Shown: positions 37,702 through 50,182 of the stretch, piece by piece
Numbering within the stretch: the stretch's first letter is position 1
Layout of the letters: each line of letters starts with the position of its first letter
Assembly: GCA_030390025.1 (NCBI GenBank)
Contig: CM059432.1
Coordinates: 35,900,001 to 35,964,000, forward strand
DNA: 64,000 nt
Reading direction: 5' to 3'
DNA from: Squalus acanthias
Lineage: Eukaryota
Program-made: the position numbers and the translations under genes
Notes under the pieces: generated by a model
The model's input: only the letters and a program-made list of their open reading frames with translations
The model's database searches: none
Told to the model about the DNA's origin: nothing

Positions 37702-39255
37702 ACAAAAGCAAAATACTGTGGATGCTGGAAATCTGAAATAAAAACAGAAAATGCTGGAAATACTCAGCAGGTCAAGCAGCATCTGTAGAGAGAGAAACAG
37801 AGTTAACGTTTCAGGTCGATGGCCCTTCGTCAGAACTGGGAAAAGTTGGAGATGTAACAGATTTTATAGCAAGTGTAGGGGCGGGGGGAGGAGAGGAAAG
37901 AACAAAAGGGAAGGTCTGTGATAGGGTGGAAGGCAGGAGAGATTAAAAGACAAAAGGGACGATGGTGCAAGACAAAAGGAGCTGGTAATGGGACAAGTTA
38001 AGAAACAAAAGATGACTCTAGATGAAGTGTAAATGGCAATGGCAGGATGATCAACAGCTGCCATGTGAAAGAGAGACGGAAAAAAAAGATGGGGCCGAGG
38101 TTATGGTCTGAAATTGTTGAACTCGATGTTGAGTCCAGAAGACTGTAAAGTGCCTAATCGAAAGATGAGGTGCTGTTCCTCAAGCTTACGTTGAGCTTCA
38201 TTGGAACAGTGTAACAGGCCGAGGACGGAGAGGTCAGAGTGGGAGTGGAGTGGAGAATTAACGTGACGGGCGACTGGAAGCTCGGGGTCACCCTTATGGA
38301 CTGAACGGAGGTGTTCCGCAAAGCGGTCACCCGACCTGCGTTTGGTCTCCCCAATGTAGAGGAGACCGCATCGTGAGCAGCGAATACAGTATACTAAATT
38401 GCAAGAAGTACAAGTAAATTGCTGATTCACCTGGAAGGAGTGTTTGGGGCCCTGGACAGTGGGAAGGGAGGAGGTAAAAGGGCAGGTGTTGCATCTCCTG
38501 CGCTTGCATGGGAAGGTGCCGGGCGAAGGGTTGTTGGGGTGATAGAGGAGTGGACCAGGGTGTCGTGAAGGGAGTGGTCCCTTCGGAATGCTGAAAAGGG
38601 AAGTGAGGGGAAGATGTGTTTGGTGGTGGGATCATGCTGGAGGTGGCGGAAATGGTGGAGGATGATCCATTGAATGTGGAGGCTGGTGGGGTGAAAGGTG
38701 AGGACAAGGGGAACCCTATTGTGGTTCCGGGAGGCAGGGGAAGGGGTGAGAGCAGAAGTGCGGGAAATAGAATGCACACAGTCAAGGGTAATCCTCGGTT
38801 GAGGAAAAAGGAAGACCTGTCTGAAGCACTAGTATGGAAGGTGGCATCGTCAGAGCAGATGCGGTGGAGACGGAGAAACTGGGAGAATGGAATAGAGTCC
38901 TTGCAGGAAGCAGGGTGGGAGGAAGTGTAGTCCAGGTAGCTGTGGGAGTCAGTGGGCTTATAGTGAATGTTTGTCAATAGCCTATCCCCAGAGAAGGAGA
39001 CAGAGAAGTCGAGGAAGGGAAGGGAAGAGTCGGAGATGGACCATGTGAAGGTGAGGGAAGGGTGGAAATTGGAAGCAAAGTGAATGAAATTTTCTAGTTC
39101 AGGGCGAGAGCAGGAAACGGCACCGATACAGCCATCAATGTACCGGAAAAAGAGGTGAGGGAGGGGACCCGAGTAGAACTGGAACAAAGAATGTTCCACA
39201 TATCCCACGAAAAGGCAGGCATAGCTAGGATCCATGCGGGTACCCATAGCTTAGC
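37702..39255 (-). mobile_element. Penelope-like element, 5'-truncated (RT C-terminus + GIY-YIG endonuclease + 3' tail)
   Basis: AMGTRMDPSYACLF, FFRYID, LPFLD, HYKPTDSHSYL; NLVYCIRCSRCGLLYIGETKRR...RFAEH (GIY-YIG). 12-bp TSD AGGTTAAGAGGT at 37690 and 39256. Confidence 0.93.
37797..37838 (-). ncRNA. Minimal type I hammerhead ribozyme motif in the Penelope tail
   Basis: CAGUU-CUGACGA-AGGGCCAUCGACCU-GAAAC-GUU^AACU: both core boxes, stem I (AGUU/AACU), stem II and palindromic ACGU stem III. Confidence 0.65.
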
Positions 39256-39735
39256 AGGTTAAGAGGTTTTCAAGATGATGAGAGGTTTTGACATATTAGA
39301 TAGGGAAAAAATATTGCCTCTGGCGAGTGGGTCAATAACTAGAGGTCATAGATTCAAAATCATTGGAAAAAAATCTAGGGGGGTGATGAGAATTTGTTTC
39401 ACTCAGAATTGTCCGGATCTGGAACCCTCTACCTGAAAAGGTGGTGGAAGCTGATTCCATAAATAATTTTAAAAGCGAGTTGGACAGGTACTGGAGGATA
39501 AGAAACTTGCAGGGTTACAGACAAAAAGCGTGGATGTGGGACTAGGCACGACTGCTCTTTCAAAGACCCAGCACAGGCACGACGAGCCGAATAGTGCTGT
39601 AAGTTTTTGTGATTTTTCTATTGAAATATCTGGAGTGGGACTTGAACCCACGACCTTTTGACTCAGAGGCGCGAGTGCTGCCACTGAGCCACGACTGACA
39701 CTATATAAATGTTACTGCACAGAAAAACAAAAACA

Positions 39736-39958
39736 ATTTTAAAATAGCTATTACGATAGTAAAATACTGCGGATGCTGGAAATCCGAAATAACAACAGAA
39801 AACGCTGGAAAAACTCAGCAGGCCAGGCAGCATCCGTGGAGAGAGAAAGAGAGTTAACGTTTCAGGTCGATGACCTTTCATCAGGTCTCTCTCCACGGAT
39901 GCTGCCTGGCCTGCTGAGTTTTTCCAGCGTTTTCTGTTGTTATTTTAAAATAGCTATT
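39736..39958. mobile_element. Penelope-tail fold-back insertion with 17-bp TSD
   Basis: ATTTTAAAATAGCTATT at 39736 and 39942; ~60-bp perfect inverted arms; hammerhead core CTGATGA...GAAAC on the minus strand at 39855-39884. Confidence 0.85.
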
Positions 39959-40487
39959 GTTGACCGCTAATTTGTCCGATTTTAAAGAGAGGTGACCAAT
40001 TACAAACCTCAATCATTATTTTGGATGAAGTTTGGTACTTTATTGCTGGTCTGTTTCCCATTTAGGTCTTCGCCTTGGGAGCACTCTCACCTTGTTAAAC
40101 GGAGGACCGCTCTGCCCTCTCGGGTGGGTGTAAAAGATCCCATGGCACTATTTCGAAGAGGAGCTGGGGAATTCTGCCTGGTGTCCTGGCCAATATTTAT
40201 CCCTCTACTAACATCATTTGAAGAGACAGATTATCTGGTCATTTAGCTCACTGTTGTTTGTGGGCGCTTGCTGAGCGCAAATTGGCTGCTGCGTTTCCCA
40301 CATTACAACAGTGACTACACTTCAAATTACTTCATTGGCTGTAAAATGCTTTGGGACGTCCTGAGGTTGTGAAAGGTGCTATATAAATGCAAGTTCTTTC
40401 TGTTCTTTCCTTATCAGACAGCATCAGGTGATCGTGTGAGGAAGGAATAGTTACTTCTTCCTAATCTATCTAGTCCTCCGTTGACTG

Positions 40488-40752
40488 ACTTCTTTCAGTA
40501 CAAAAATGAGAAGTCGCACAACACCAGGTTATAGTCCAACAGATTTATTTAAAATTACAAGCTTTCGGAGCTATCGATCGCCCCTTCTTCAGGTAAAGTT
40601 GCAACTTTACCTGAAGAAGGGGCGATAGCTCCGAAAGCTTGTAATTTTAAATAAATCTGTTGGACTATAACATGGTGTTGTGTGACTTCTCATTTTTGTC
40701 CACCCCAGTCCAACGCCGGCATCTCCGCATCATGACCACTTCTTTCAGTACA
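40488..40752. mobile_element. Fold-back insertion of a second, probable Penelope-family tail with 15-bp TSD
   Basis: Palindrome 40501-40698 centred on TTG|CAA at 40601/40602; ACTTCTTTCAGTACA at 40488 and 40738; hammerhead cores in both arms. Confidence 0.8.
40605..40645 (+). ncRNA. Minimal hammerhead ribozyme motif (sense to SETD2)
   Basis: UUAC-CUGAAGA-A-GGGGC GAUA GCUCC-GAAAG-CUU^GUAA: stem I UUAC/GUAA, 5-bp stem II, palindromic AGCU stem III. Confidence 0.65.
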
Positions 40753-43700
40753 CGTGAGGCCTTAACTCAGAATGTGTCACTGGGAAGGGGAGACAGTGGG
40801 AGGTGGTGGGGAGAGAAAAGAGTGTCAGCTTAGCTCACTTGGAAACACGGTCACCTCTGGGTCAGAAGTCATCCCTCCTATCGGGAGCTGCACGTGTAAT
40901 CAAGATTACAGTGGAGTAAAGCTTCATAGGGTCTTGCCATGTATGAGAAGGAAGGATGGAGTTTTAGTAGTAGCTCATTAAACGAGGAATATTGCCAAGG
41001 AGGAAGAACTCAGTGATTGAATGGTGCCAGCAAATCATTTAACGCCCACCTGAGAAGCAGACGGAACTTAGTTGGGTGTCAGCCGTGGCTCAGCGGTCGC
41101 ACTCTCGCCTCTGAGTCAGAAGGTTGTGGGTTCAAGCCCCACTCCAGAGACTTGAGCCTAAAATCCAGGCAGGCTGGACTGTCCGAGGTGCCAACTGTCT
41201 CCTCAGGTGGAAGTAAAAGATCCCATGGAACTATTTGAAGAAGAGCATGGGAGTTCTTCCATTGTCCTGGCCAATATTTATCCCTCAACCAGCACCTAAA
41301 ACCGAAGTTCTGGTCATTTATTTTATTGATGTTTATGGGCTCTTGCTGAGCGCAAATTAGTTGCTGCATTTCCGACACTTCAAAAGTACTTCATTAGCTG
41401 TAGAGTGCTTTGGGACGTCCTGAGGTCTCTTTGTTTACCAGCTCTTCTGAAGGAGAACACCTCTGAAAATGCAGGATTCCTTCAGTACCCCACTGTCGTG
41501 CAGTCTCGATAACAGTTGGCAGAGGTGCCACTTTTCAGATGAACCATTAATCCTAAGTCCTGACAACACTCATGGGTGGATGAAAGAGAAGAATGCAAGA
41601 TTGGTGTCCTCATCCTTCATCCAAAACCCATCTTGTGAAACCAAACCGTAATGGGAGTGAATCACAGGATATATTAAGCGTAACCAATGTACCATTGAAT
41701 AAATTAAACTGGAGGATGTTCAATGAGGGCTTGCCAGAGCTCTGAAATCTGTTGAAGCTGCAGTTTATTTTTAAGAATATTTATTAATATGCTTCTGGAA
41801 AGTCATTAGAACCCTTTGGTAAATTGAGAAGTCTAGACTTAAAAATATGTTTTTACCAAAGTTGCGCTCTCAAGATAATTACAGATGAGGGAGGCCATTC
41901 GGCCCATCTTAATTCATCAATCCAGAGAAATCCTATAGTCGTTTCATTGTAGCATCCGATTGATTCTTGAGTGTTTCCGGAATTTTTGCCTCCACCATTA
42001 TCTGGGAGTCTATTCCAAGCGTTGACCCCTTTGTGTGACGAAGAACTTTCTGATATCAGTCCTCAGTTTGCCTTTTACTAGTTTGAGCCTCAGTCTGTGT
42101 GTAGCAATTTTGCTGGTTCCCAGTAGGCTCCCTGTTTGTTTATACACAGGACATGAGCTTTTATCTCAGCTGAAGCAGAACCAGTTATGGGTTGGGTTCA
42201 CAACGGTCAAACCGGTTTACCTGAATGAGATTTCCTCCGCTGGATAATATCACAGCTCACTAATGGTAACAGGGTATTGGTTGGGAGCGTGGTGTGCGAG
42301 GGAGCTGGATTAATATCAGTAGAGATAGCCAGTGACACAGGGTGCTGGGGGGAGGGGTAACTGAGTGACAATGTGATAGAATAAAACCACATCATTTTTT
42401 TTTTAATGCCCCATGCATCCGGGTTTGCTAGCAGCAGCGTCCAGAAAATGAATCTTTAAATTCCTGAACACTCCAGGACAATCCAATAATGGTTATGTTA
42501 CTGGGCTAGTAATCCAGAGGCCTGGACTGATGATCTGGAAAGATGAGTTCAGATCTCACCACGGCAGCTGGGGAATTTAAATTCAGTTAATTAAATAATC
42601 TGGAATTTAAAAAAAGCTCGTTTCAGTAATGGTGACCATGAAACTGTCGTAAGATGGTCGTAAAAACCCATCTGGTTCACTAATGTCCTTTAGGGAAGGA
42701 AATCTGCCGTCCTTACCTATATGTGACTCCAGACCCACCGCAATGTGGTTGACTCTTAACTGCCCTCTGAAATAGCAGCTCACCACCACCTTCTCGAGGG
42801 CAATTAGGATGGGCAATAAATGCTGGCCTTGCCAGTGACGCCCACGTCCCGTGACCGAATTTAAAAAAAAAAAATCCTGGAGGGTTGGCAAACCCTTTCT
42901 TTAGACGTGGTCCAGGTACGGGTGGAGGACAGGTATGACATGAAACGCTCGCGGATTGTGTCAACGAGGTGATGTCTCGCACAAGGCTTTGCCTGGGAGG
43001 ATAATCAAGCAGGCAGATAACGGCGGTTCCACTGTAATATTCACTTTGTCGTCCGATTTAAATTAAAAAAAATAACTTTTCTTTCTTTCCTTCTCCCAAG
43101 GGCGCATGCCTCTCCTCACCCTCCATCACCCACGAGGGAAGGTTGGACGGAACTGCAGATGTCGCCTGGACCATCAACGCCTCTCCACGTTCAGTCCACA
43201 GGAGACGTGCTTGTTGTGGGGTGAGACAGACAACACTCTCTCTTCTTGCTCTCGCTCTCGCTTTGGAAGTCCAATCGGGTGTTCCAAGTTTAAGGAATCC
43301 AGTGCTGTATGGAAAGAGGGGTGGAGGGCGGGAGAGAAAGAGTGCTTGTGTATATGTTTCTGCCATTAGATATCTTTAAGGCCGTTTAACAGCAGTTGTC
43401 CCTATTTTTACTTGCAAAAATAGGGGTGTAGTTCTCTAGTCAACCTTGGGGAACACCTGCATCAACCTGGCCGACATCGGCAAAATCCTTCCAAGTATTG
43501 AAGCCTAGGCTTGATGAGAAGGGGAAATAACACCAGCCACTTGGATGTCATTTGATAATGGCTATATAGTGACCTGTTTTGGTATTGGACTAATTTATTA
43601 ATCTATCTATTTAATATATTAATTAATCTGTCCACTTCTGGTCAACTTTTTCTATTTATAAATTCTTATATCCACATTTATTGTAAAAAATTACCCATGT

Positions 43701-44789
43701 AATTGCATCCTCCTGCAGTACAGCACCTCCACTGGTGGGAGGATATAATTCTAGCGTGACATGTTTACATAGCCCATTCCCATTATAAATGTGAACATAG
43801 GTATTTATAATGGAAATATAAAAAGTAAGGACAGGATGTATGGAGACTGAATTCCATCTGCATAGCTTTAACCTAATTGTCTCCCACCCCTAAATCTACC
43901 TTGCCTGAAGATGAGACTTAGTCTTGACACCCGTGTGCATTGCCATGGGAGGTCGACTACTTTATTGTTAAAAAATATTGCGAGGTGCGTGTGTTTCCTG
44001 TCCAAACACCTTGCCACCTGTTGACATGAATTTTGGTCACACTTACTATTGTAACTTGCCATGTAAACATGTCCCATCAATTTTTCTATGTCAATAATCA
44101 CAAAGTAGTTGTAGGATCTCGCCGCTTTGCGGAGTGAGTTTCTGAAGTCTGTCTCCCAACTTTATTGGCATCTTGTTTATTTTTTAAGAACAGCTTGAAC
44201 TGGCCATGGGCAATTTAGTAAGCTTAAAAATTACTCTTTTTATATATATAATACCTATATTATATGCTAACATTTTTGGAGTTCATTTGTCTTGCAATGT
44301 TGGATGTCTATCAGATAGTTAGTTGACACAACATCTCCCTTTGTGCTATGAATTAGTTCTGTGGGTATCCCGTGCGTCCTCCCGCCTCCCCACTGTCTGC
44401 ACCTCCAGTTTTCACGCTCCTCCTGAGAGCCCTGGTTCTTGCTGGCCAAGAGTCTGTAGACAGCAGCGGAGCTCATCCAGCTGGCCATTCTCATGTCTGG
44501 ACCTTGGCTGTGTAGCATCACCGAGCCTGCTTCTGTCCTCGCCTGATGTCAGCATTGCGCAGAGGTCATCAAATTAGGAGCAGATACTCAGGGCGGACTC
44601 CACTCCTTCCCCATCCCCGGCCAACCATACCCCAATGATACTGAGGAAAATTATAACTCCTCATCTGCAGTTCACGGATGTGTGTGGCTCAGTCCTACAC
44701 TGGGCAGGAGCCCTTACTCACCGGGTCATTTGAAGAAGGTCACGAGATGTATCGGAGTGTAATCCAGTCCGGCAGTGTGCCTGGTGACA

Positions 44790-45100
44790 TTAAAAACAGA
44801 AAATGCTAGAAATACTCAGCAGGTCAGGCAGCATTTGTGGAGAGAGAAGCCGAGTTAATGTTTTAGGTCAATGACGTTTCATCAGAACTGGAAGGTATTC
44901 GAGATGAACAGCTTTTGAGCAAGTCCACAACCAGGGAAAAGGGGGTGCATGGAAAGAACAAAAGGGAAGGTCCGTGATAGGGTGGCGGGCAGGATTGATT
45001 GAATGACGACAGTAATGGTGCAAGACAAAATTAGGTGATAATGGGACAACTATGGAAACAATCGATGGGTGCAGGGGAGGTGTAAATGCTTACAGCGGAA
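44790..45100 (-). mobile_element. Degenerate Penelope 3' tail
   Basis: Colinear with 37735-38050; the hammerhead GAAA box is mutated. Confidence 0.75.
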
Positions 45101-45814
45101 TAGCAGAGGGTGAGGGAAGCAGGAGTGTGCTGACATGGCTTATTTTCATAGAAATAGAATCAGACAGCACAGAAGGAGGCCATCGTGCCTGAGCTGGGTC
45201 TTTGAAAGAGCGATCCAATTAGTCCCACTCCCCCGTTCTTTCCCCATAGCCCATCAAATTTTTCCTTTTCCAATTCTGAAAGTTGTATCTTTTGAAAGTT
45301 ACGATTGAATCTGCTTCCACCACTCTTTCAGGGAGTGCATTCCAGATCATCATAACTCGCTGCGTTAAAAAAACAATTCTCATCTCTACTCTGGTTCTTT
45401 TTGCCAATTCTATAGAAAGAAAGACTTGCATTTATATAGCACCTTTCACAACCTCCGGTTCCAAAGTGGTTTACAGCCAATGAAGTAATTTTCGAAGTGT
45501 AGGCGCTGTTGTAATGTAGCCAATTTGCACACAACAAGGTCCCACACAGCAATGAGATAAATGACCAGTTAATGTGTTTTATTGATGTAGGTTGAGTGAT
45601 AAATATTATCCAGGACACTGGGGAGAACTCCCCTGCTCTTCTTCGAAATGGTGCCACGGGATCTTTTACATCCACCTGAGAGGACAGACAGGGCCTCAGT
45701 TTAACATCTCATCTCAAAGATGGCAGTCCCACAGAAGCACGATACTTGGCTGATGTTTTGATTTTCCTATTGGGAAGAGTCCAATTGTAGCGCCCGCGCT
45801 CCATCGGCCAGTCA

Positions 45815-46530
45815 AGGAACAAAGGGATCTCGGAGTACAAATACACAAATCACGAAAAAGTTGCGACGCAGGTTAGCAAGGTCATTTAAAAAAAAAGTCA
45901 AACCAAGCACTAGGGTTTATTTCTAGAGGGATAGAATTGAAAAGTAGGGAAGTTACGCTAAACCTGTATTGAACCTTGGTTAGACCACACTTGGAGTGCT
46001 GTGCACAGTTCTGGTCACCATATTATAAAAAGGATATAGAGGCACTGGAGAGGGTGTAGAAAAGATTTACAAGGATGATACGAGGGTATACATATCAGGA
46101 AAGGATGAACAGGCTGGGTCTCTTTTCTCTTGAAAAAAGAAGGCTGAGGGGTGAACTAATAGAGGTCTTTAAAATTATGAAAAATTTTGATAGAGTGGAT
46201 ACTGAGAGAATGTTTCCACTTGTGGGGAAGAGCATAACTAGAGGCCATCAATATAAGATAGTCGCCAAGAAATCCAATGGGAATTCAGAAGAAACTTCTT
46301 TACCCAAAGAGTGGTGAGAATGTGGAACTCATTACCACAGGGAGTGGTTGAAGCGAATATTATAGATGCATTTAAGGGGAGACTAGACAAGCATGAGGGA
46401 GAAGGGAATAGAGGGTTATGCTGATAGATTTAGATGAGGAAAGACGGGAGGAGGCTCGTGTGGAACATAAATGCCGGCATGGACTGGTTGGGCCGAATGG
46501 CCTGTTTCTGTGCCGTATATCCTATGTAAT
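45815..46530 (+). mobile_element. CR1 LINE 3' end (same subfamily as 899-3425)
   Basis: Near-identical to 2925-3425, plus the 3' tail. Confidence 0.88.
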
Positions 46531-46599
46531 AGAAACTGGGACCTTGATGGTCAGCAGATCACAGTGGTGAATTAAAAAAAAACATTATTTTGTGGTCGT

Positions 46600-49130
46600 C
46601 GCCGGCAAGAACCAAGCTGAATATAGAAAGTACAGAGGAGATCTAAAAAAGGCAACGAGAGAGTATGAGAATAGGTTAGCGGCTAACATAAAAGGGAACT
46701 CAAAAAACCCTTTTATAAACACATAAATAGTAAACGGGTAGTCCAAGGAAGGATGGGGCCGATTAGGGACCAAAAAGGAGATACTCTTGTGGAGGCTGAG
46801 GGTATGGCTGAGGTACTAAGTGAGTACTTCGCATCTGTCTTCAACAGAGAAGAGGATGTTGCCAATGTAGCAGTAAAGGAGGAAGCAGTAGCGATATTGG
46901 ATAGGATCGATCTTCTTTCGTATGGTAGTAGCAAAGCAAATCAAATGTCAATATCTAAGTTGGATATCCAGGCCAAAGCTTCCAGTGTAACAGCGTGGAT
47001 ATCTTGTAGGCTGCCTGCGAATTTCCTGAGGGCAGTGCTCAATGATGTGCTCCAGGGTCTGATCAGGAGCTCCACAGTCGCATGATGGGGATCCTTTAAT
47101 CTTCCATCTATGGAGAAGGTGGCAGCATCCACCATGACCAGTTCTGAGGCGGTTGATGGTTGTCCACTGTTTGCAAGGAAGGTTTGATCCTTCAGGTTGT
47201 ACTGTGGGGTCCTCTATAAGGAATCCATTCCATATGTCGCAGTTCTTCCAAGCATTCCGCCATCAAGGCTGAGGGGAGATCGCTGAAGGGCTTCGGCGAC
47301 GGTCCAAAATGGCCGTCTAGATTTGAGACGGGTTGGTGGTAGGTTGTTTAAGTCGGCCTGGATCGGCATGTCTTTGCTGGTGTAGTGGTTGTATTTTCTG
47401 GAGACTGCATATTTGCGGCGTAGGTGTGGTGGTGCGAAGTTTGCAAGCACGGGCAGTCAAGGTGTTGGTGTCGATAAAAGCGTACCGGTGATAATTCTCA
47501 TAGTAGAATTCAACTGGACATCAACGGATTTGACATGCGGACTCGATCGCCATGCCGGAGAGCAGTACTCCGCTGTAGAGTACACCAGGGTGAGTGCTGT
47601 CGTACAGAGGGTTTGAGCCTCTGTGGATAGGATAAAAATTAAGAGGAGGTACTTAAAAGTAGTCTTCAAAGTAGAAAAGTCACCCAGTCCAGATGGGATG
47701 CATCCCAGGTTACTGAGGGAAGTAAGGGTGGAAATTGCAGAGGCTCTGGCCAGTTGTTCCAATCCTCCTTGGATATGGGGATGGTGCTGGAGGACTGAAA
47801 ATATTACACCCCTTTTTTTTAAAAAGGAGAGCGGGATAAACCCAGCAACTACAGGCCAGTCAACCTAATGTCGGTGGTGGGGAAACTTTGAGAAAATAGT
47901 CCAAGACAAAATTAACTGGCATTTGGAAAAGTATGTGCCAAAAAATGAAAGTCAGCACAGATTTGTTAAAGGCAAATCTTGTTTGACTAACTTGATGAAG
48001 TAACGGAGAGGGTTGATGAAGGTAGTGTGGTTGATGTGTATATGGACTTTCAAATGGCGTTTGAGAAAGTAGATAATAGACTTGTAAAGCCCATGGGATT
48101 AAAGGGACAGTGGCAGCGTGGTTACAAAATTGGCTACGGGACAGAAAGCAGAGAGTAGCGGTGAACGGTTGTCTTTCAGATTGGAGGGACGTATACAGTG
48201 GTGTTCCCCAGGGATCAGTATTGGGACCGCGGCTGTTTTTGATCTATATTAATGACCTGGACTTTGGTATACAGGGCATAATTTCAAAGTTTGCAGATGA
48301 GACGAAACTTGGAAATGTAGTAAACAATGAGGGGGATAGTAACAGAAATTAGAAGGACAGAGACAGACTGATGAAAAGGGGCAGACACATGGCCGATGAA
48401 ATTTAACAGAAAAGTGTGAAGTGATACATTTTGGTAAAAAGGATGAGGAGAGGCAATATAAACTAAATGGTACAATTTTAAAGGGGGTGCAGGAACAGGG
48501 AGCAGGACAAGTTGAGAAGGCTGTTAATGCATACAGGATCCTTGGCTTTATTAATAGAGGAATAGAGTACAAAAGCAAGGAAGTTATGATGAACCTTTAT
48601 AAAACACTGGTTAGGCTTCAGCTGGAGTATTGCGTTTAATTCTGGGCGCCACACTTTATGAAGAATGTCAAGGTCTCATAGAGGGTGCAGAAGAGATTTA
48701 TGAGAATGATACCAGGGATGAAAGACTTCAATTATGTGGAAAGACTGAAGAAACTGGGGTTGTTCACCTTGGAGCAGAGAAGGTTAAGAGGAGATTTGAT
48801 AGAGGTGTTCAAAATCATGAACGGTTTTGATCAAGTAAATAAGAGAAACAGTTTCCAGTGGCAGAAGAGTCAGTAACCAGAGGACACAGATTTAGGTGAT
48901 TGGCAAATGAACCAGAGGTGACATGAGGAAACATTTTTTTTCCACAGTGAGTTGTGATCGGGAATGAACTGCCTGAAGATTCAGTAGTCACATTCAAAAG
49001 AGAATTGGATAAATGCTTCAAGAGGAAAAAAAATTACGGGGCTATGCGGAAAGAACAGGGGAATGGGATTAATTGGATAGCTCTTTCAAAGAGCCGGCAC
49101 AGGCACGATGGGCCGAATCATTCTATGATT
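46600..49130 (+). mobile_element. Degenerate CR1 LINE ORF2, interrupted at 46908-47623
   Basis: [48 protein letters not shown]; many stops and indels. Confidence 0.88.
46908..47623 (-). mobile_element. Non-LTR retrotransposon 3' end, Vingi/Ingi-like (RTE-X as alternative)
   Basis: LVYSTAEYCSPAW...DVQLNSTMRIITG, RLKSRRPFW, CCHC knuckle SCDCGAPDQTLEHIIEHCP, ending WISNLDIDI*; 10-bp TSD TGGATAGGAT (46898, 47624). Confidence 0.6.
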
Positions 49131-50182
49131 CTAAGGCCGGCATTTATTGCCCATCCATACTCGCCCTTGAGAGGGTGGTGGTGAGCCGCCGCCTTGAACT
49201 GTTGCAGTCTGTGTGGTGAAGGTGCTCCCACAATGCTGTTGGGTAGAGTGTTCCAGGATTTTGACTCTGCGATGATGAAGTAATGGTGATATATGTCCAA
49301 GTCAAGATGGTGTGTGACTTGGAGGGATGCGATCATAAGGTGGAATGCAACCATGGCAAGTTGTGAACTTGATTTCAATAAATCTGTAATTTGGGCTAGC
49401 ACCAGATAAAATGAGCATGAAAGTTGCTGATTGATGTAAAATCCTAACTGGTTGATTAATATCCTTCGGAAAAGGGAACCTACGACCTTTACCAACCTAC
49501 GACCTTTACCTGGTCTGGTCCTACACGTGACTCCAGTATGTGTCAGCCTCAATAGGAAATTCAGGAGAAACTTTTTTACCCAGAGAGTGGTTAGACTGTA
49601 GAACTCACTACCACAAGGAGCAGTTGGGGCGACTAGCATAGATGCATTTAAGGGCAAGCTAGCTAAACACATGAGGGAGAAAGGAGTAGACGGATATGTT
49701 CGATGATGAAGGGTGGGAGGAGATTCGTGTGGAGCATAAACACTGGTAGATCTGTTGGGCCAGATGGCCTGTTTCTGTGCTGTAAATACTATGTAAACCT
49801 TTGCACCATTGCTCTCGAGCAATGAGCCCGCGGCCTGATCCGTCATTGGACCTAAAAGCAACCTAGAAGCCCTCTCCAAGTTGAGGTCTCCAGCACAGTG
49901 TGACAGTGGATATTGGGTTCACTAGCAGGGGTGTGAGTCAAGTGGACTGTTCTGTTCTTGATGTTGTTGAGGTTCTTGAGTGTAGTGAGTTTTCCATCAG
50001 ATTCAACTTGAGCCTTGTCGATGTGCCAGGCCATGAGGTTACAGATTGTGGTGGTATATAATTCGGCTGCTGCTCATGGCTCACAGCATCTGCTGGATGT
50101 CCAGATTTGGGCTGCTAGGTTTGTTTGTTGTCTGCCCACTTGGCACGGCAGGAGTGACCACATTACAAGATGGAGGTGCTTG

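Larger units (their letters stand above)
36870..39620 (+). mobile_element. CR1 LINE 3' half, split by a Penelope insertion (CR1 at 36870-37701 and 39256-39620)
   Basis: GIPQGSVLG, KFADD and LVRPQLEYC on the left; 3' region and tail on the right. Confidence 0.85.

Noticed and set aside
49118..49879. 253-aa minus-strand ORF
   Set aside because: Chance read-through across adjacent LINE tail and other repeat fragments.
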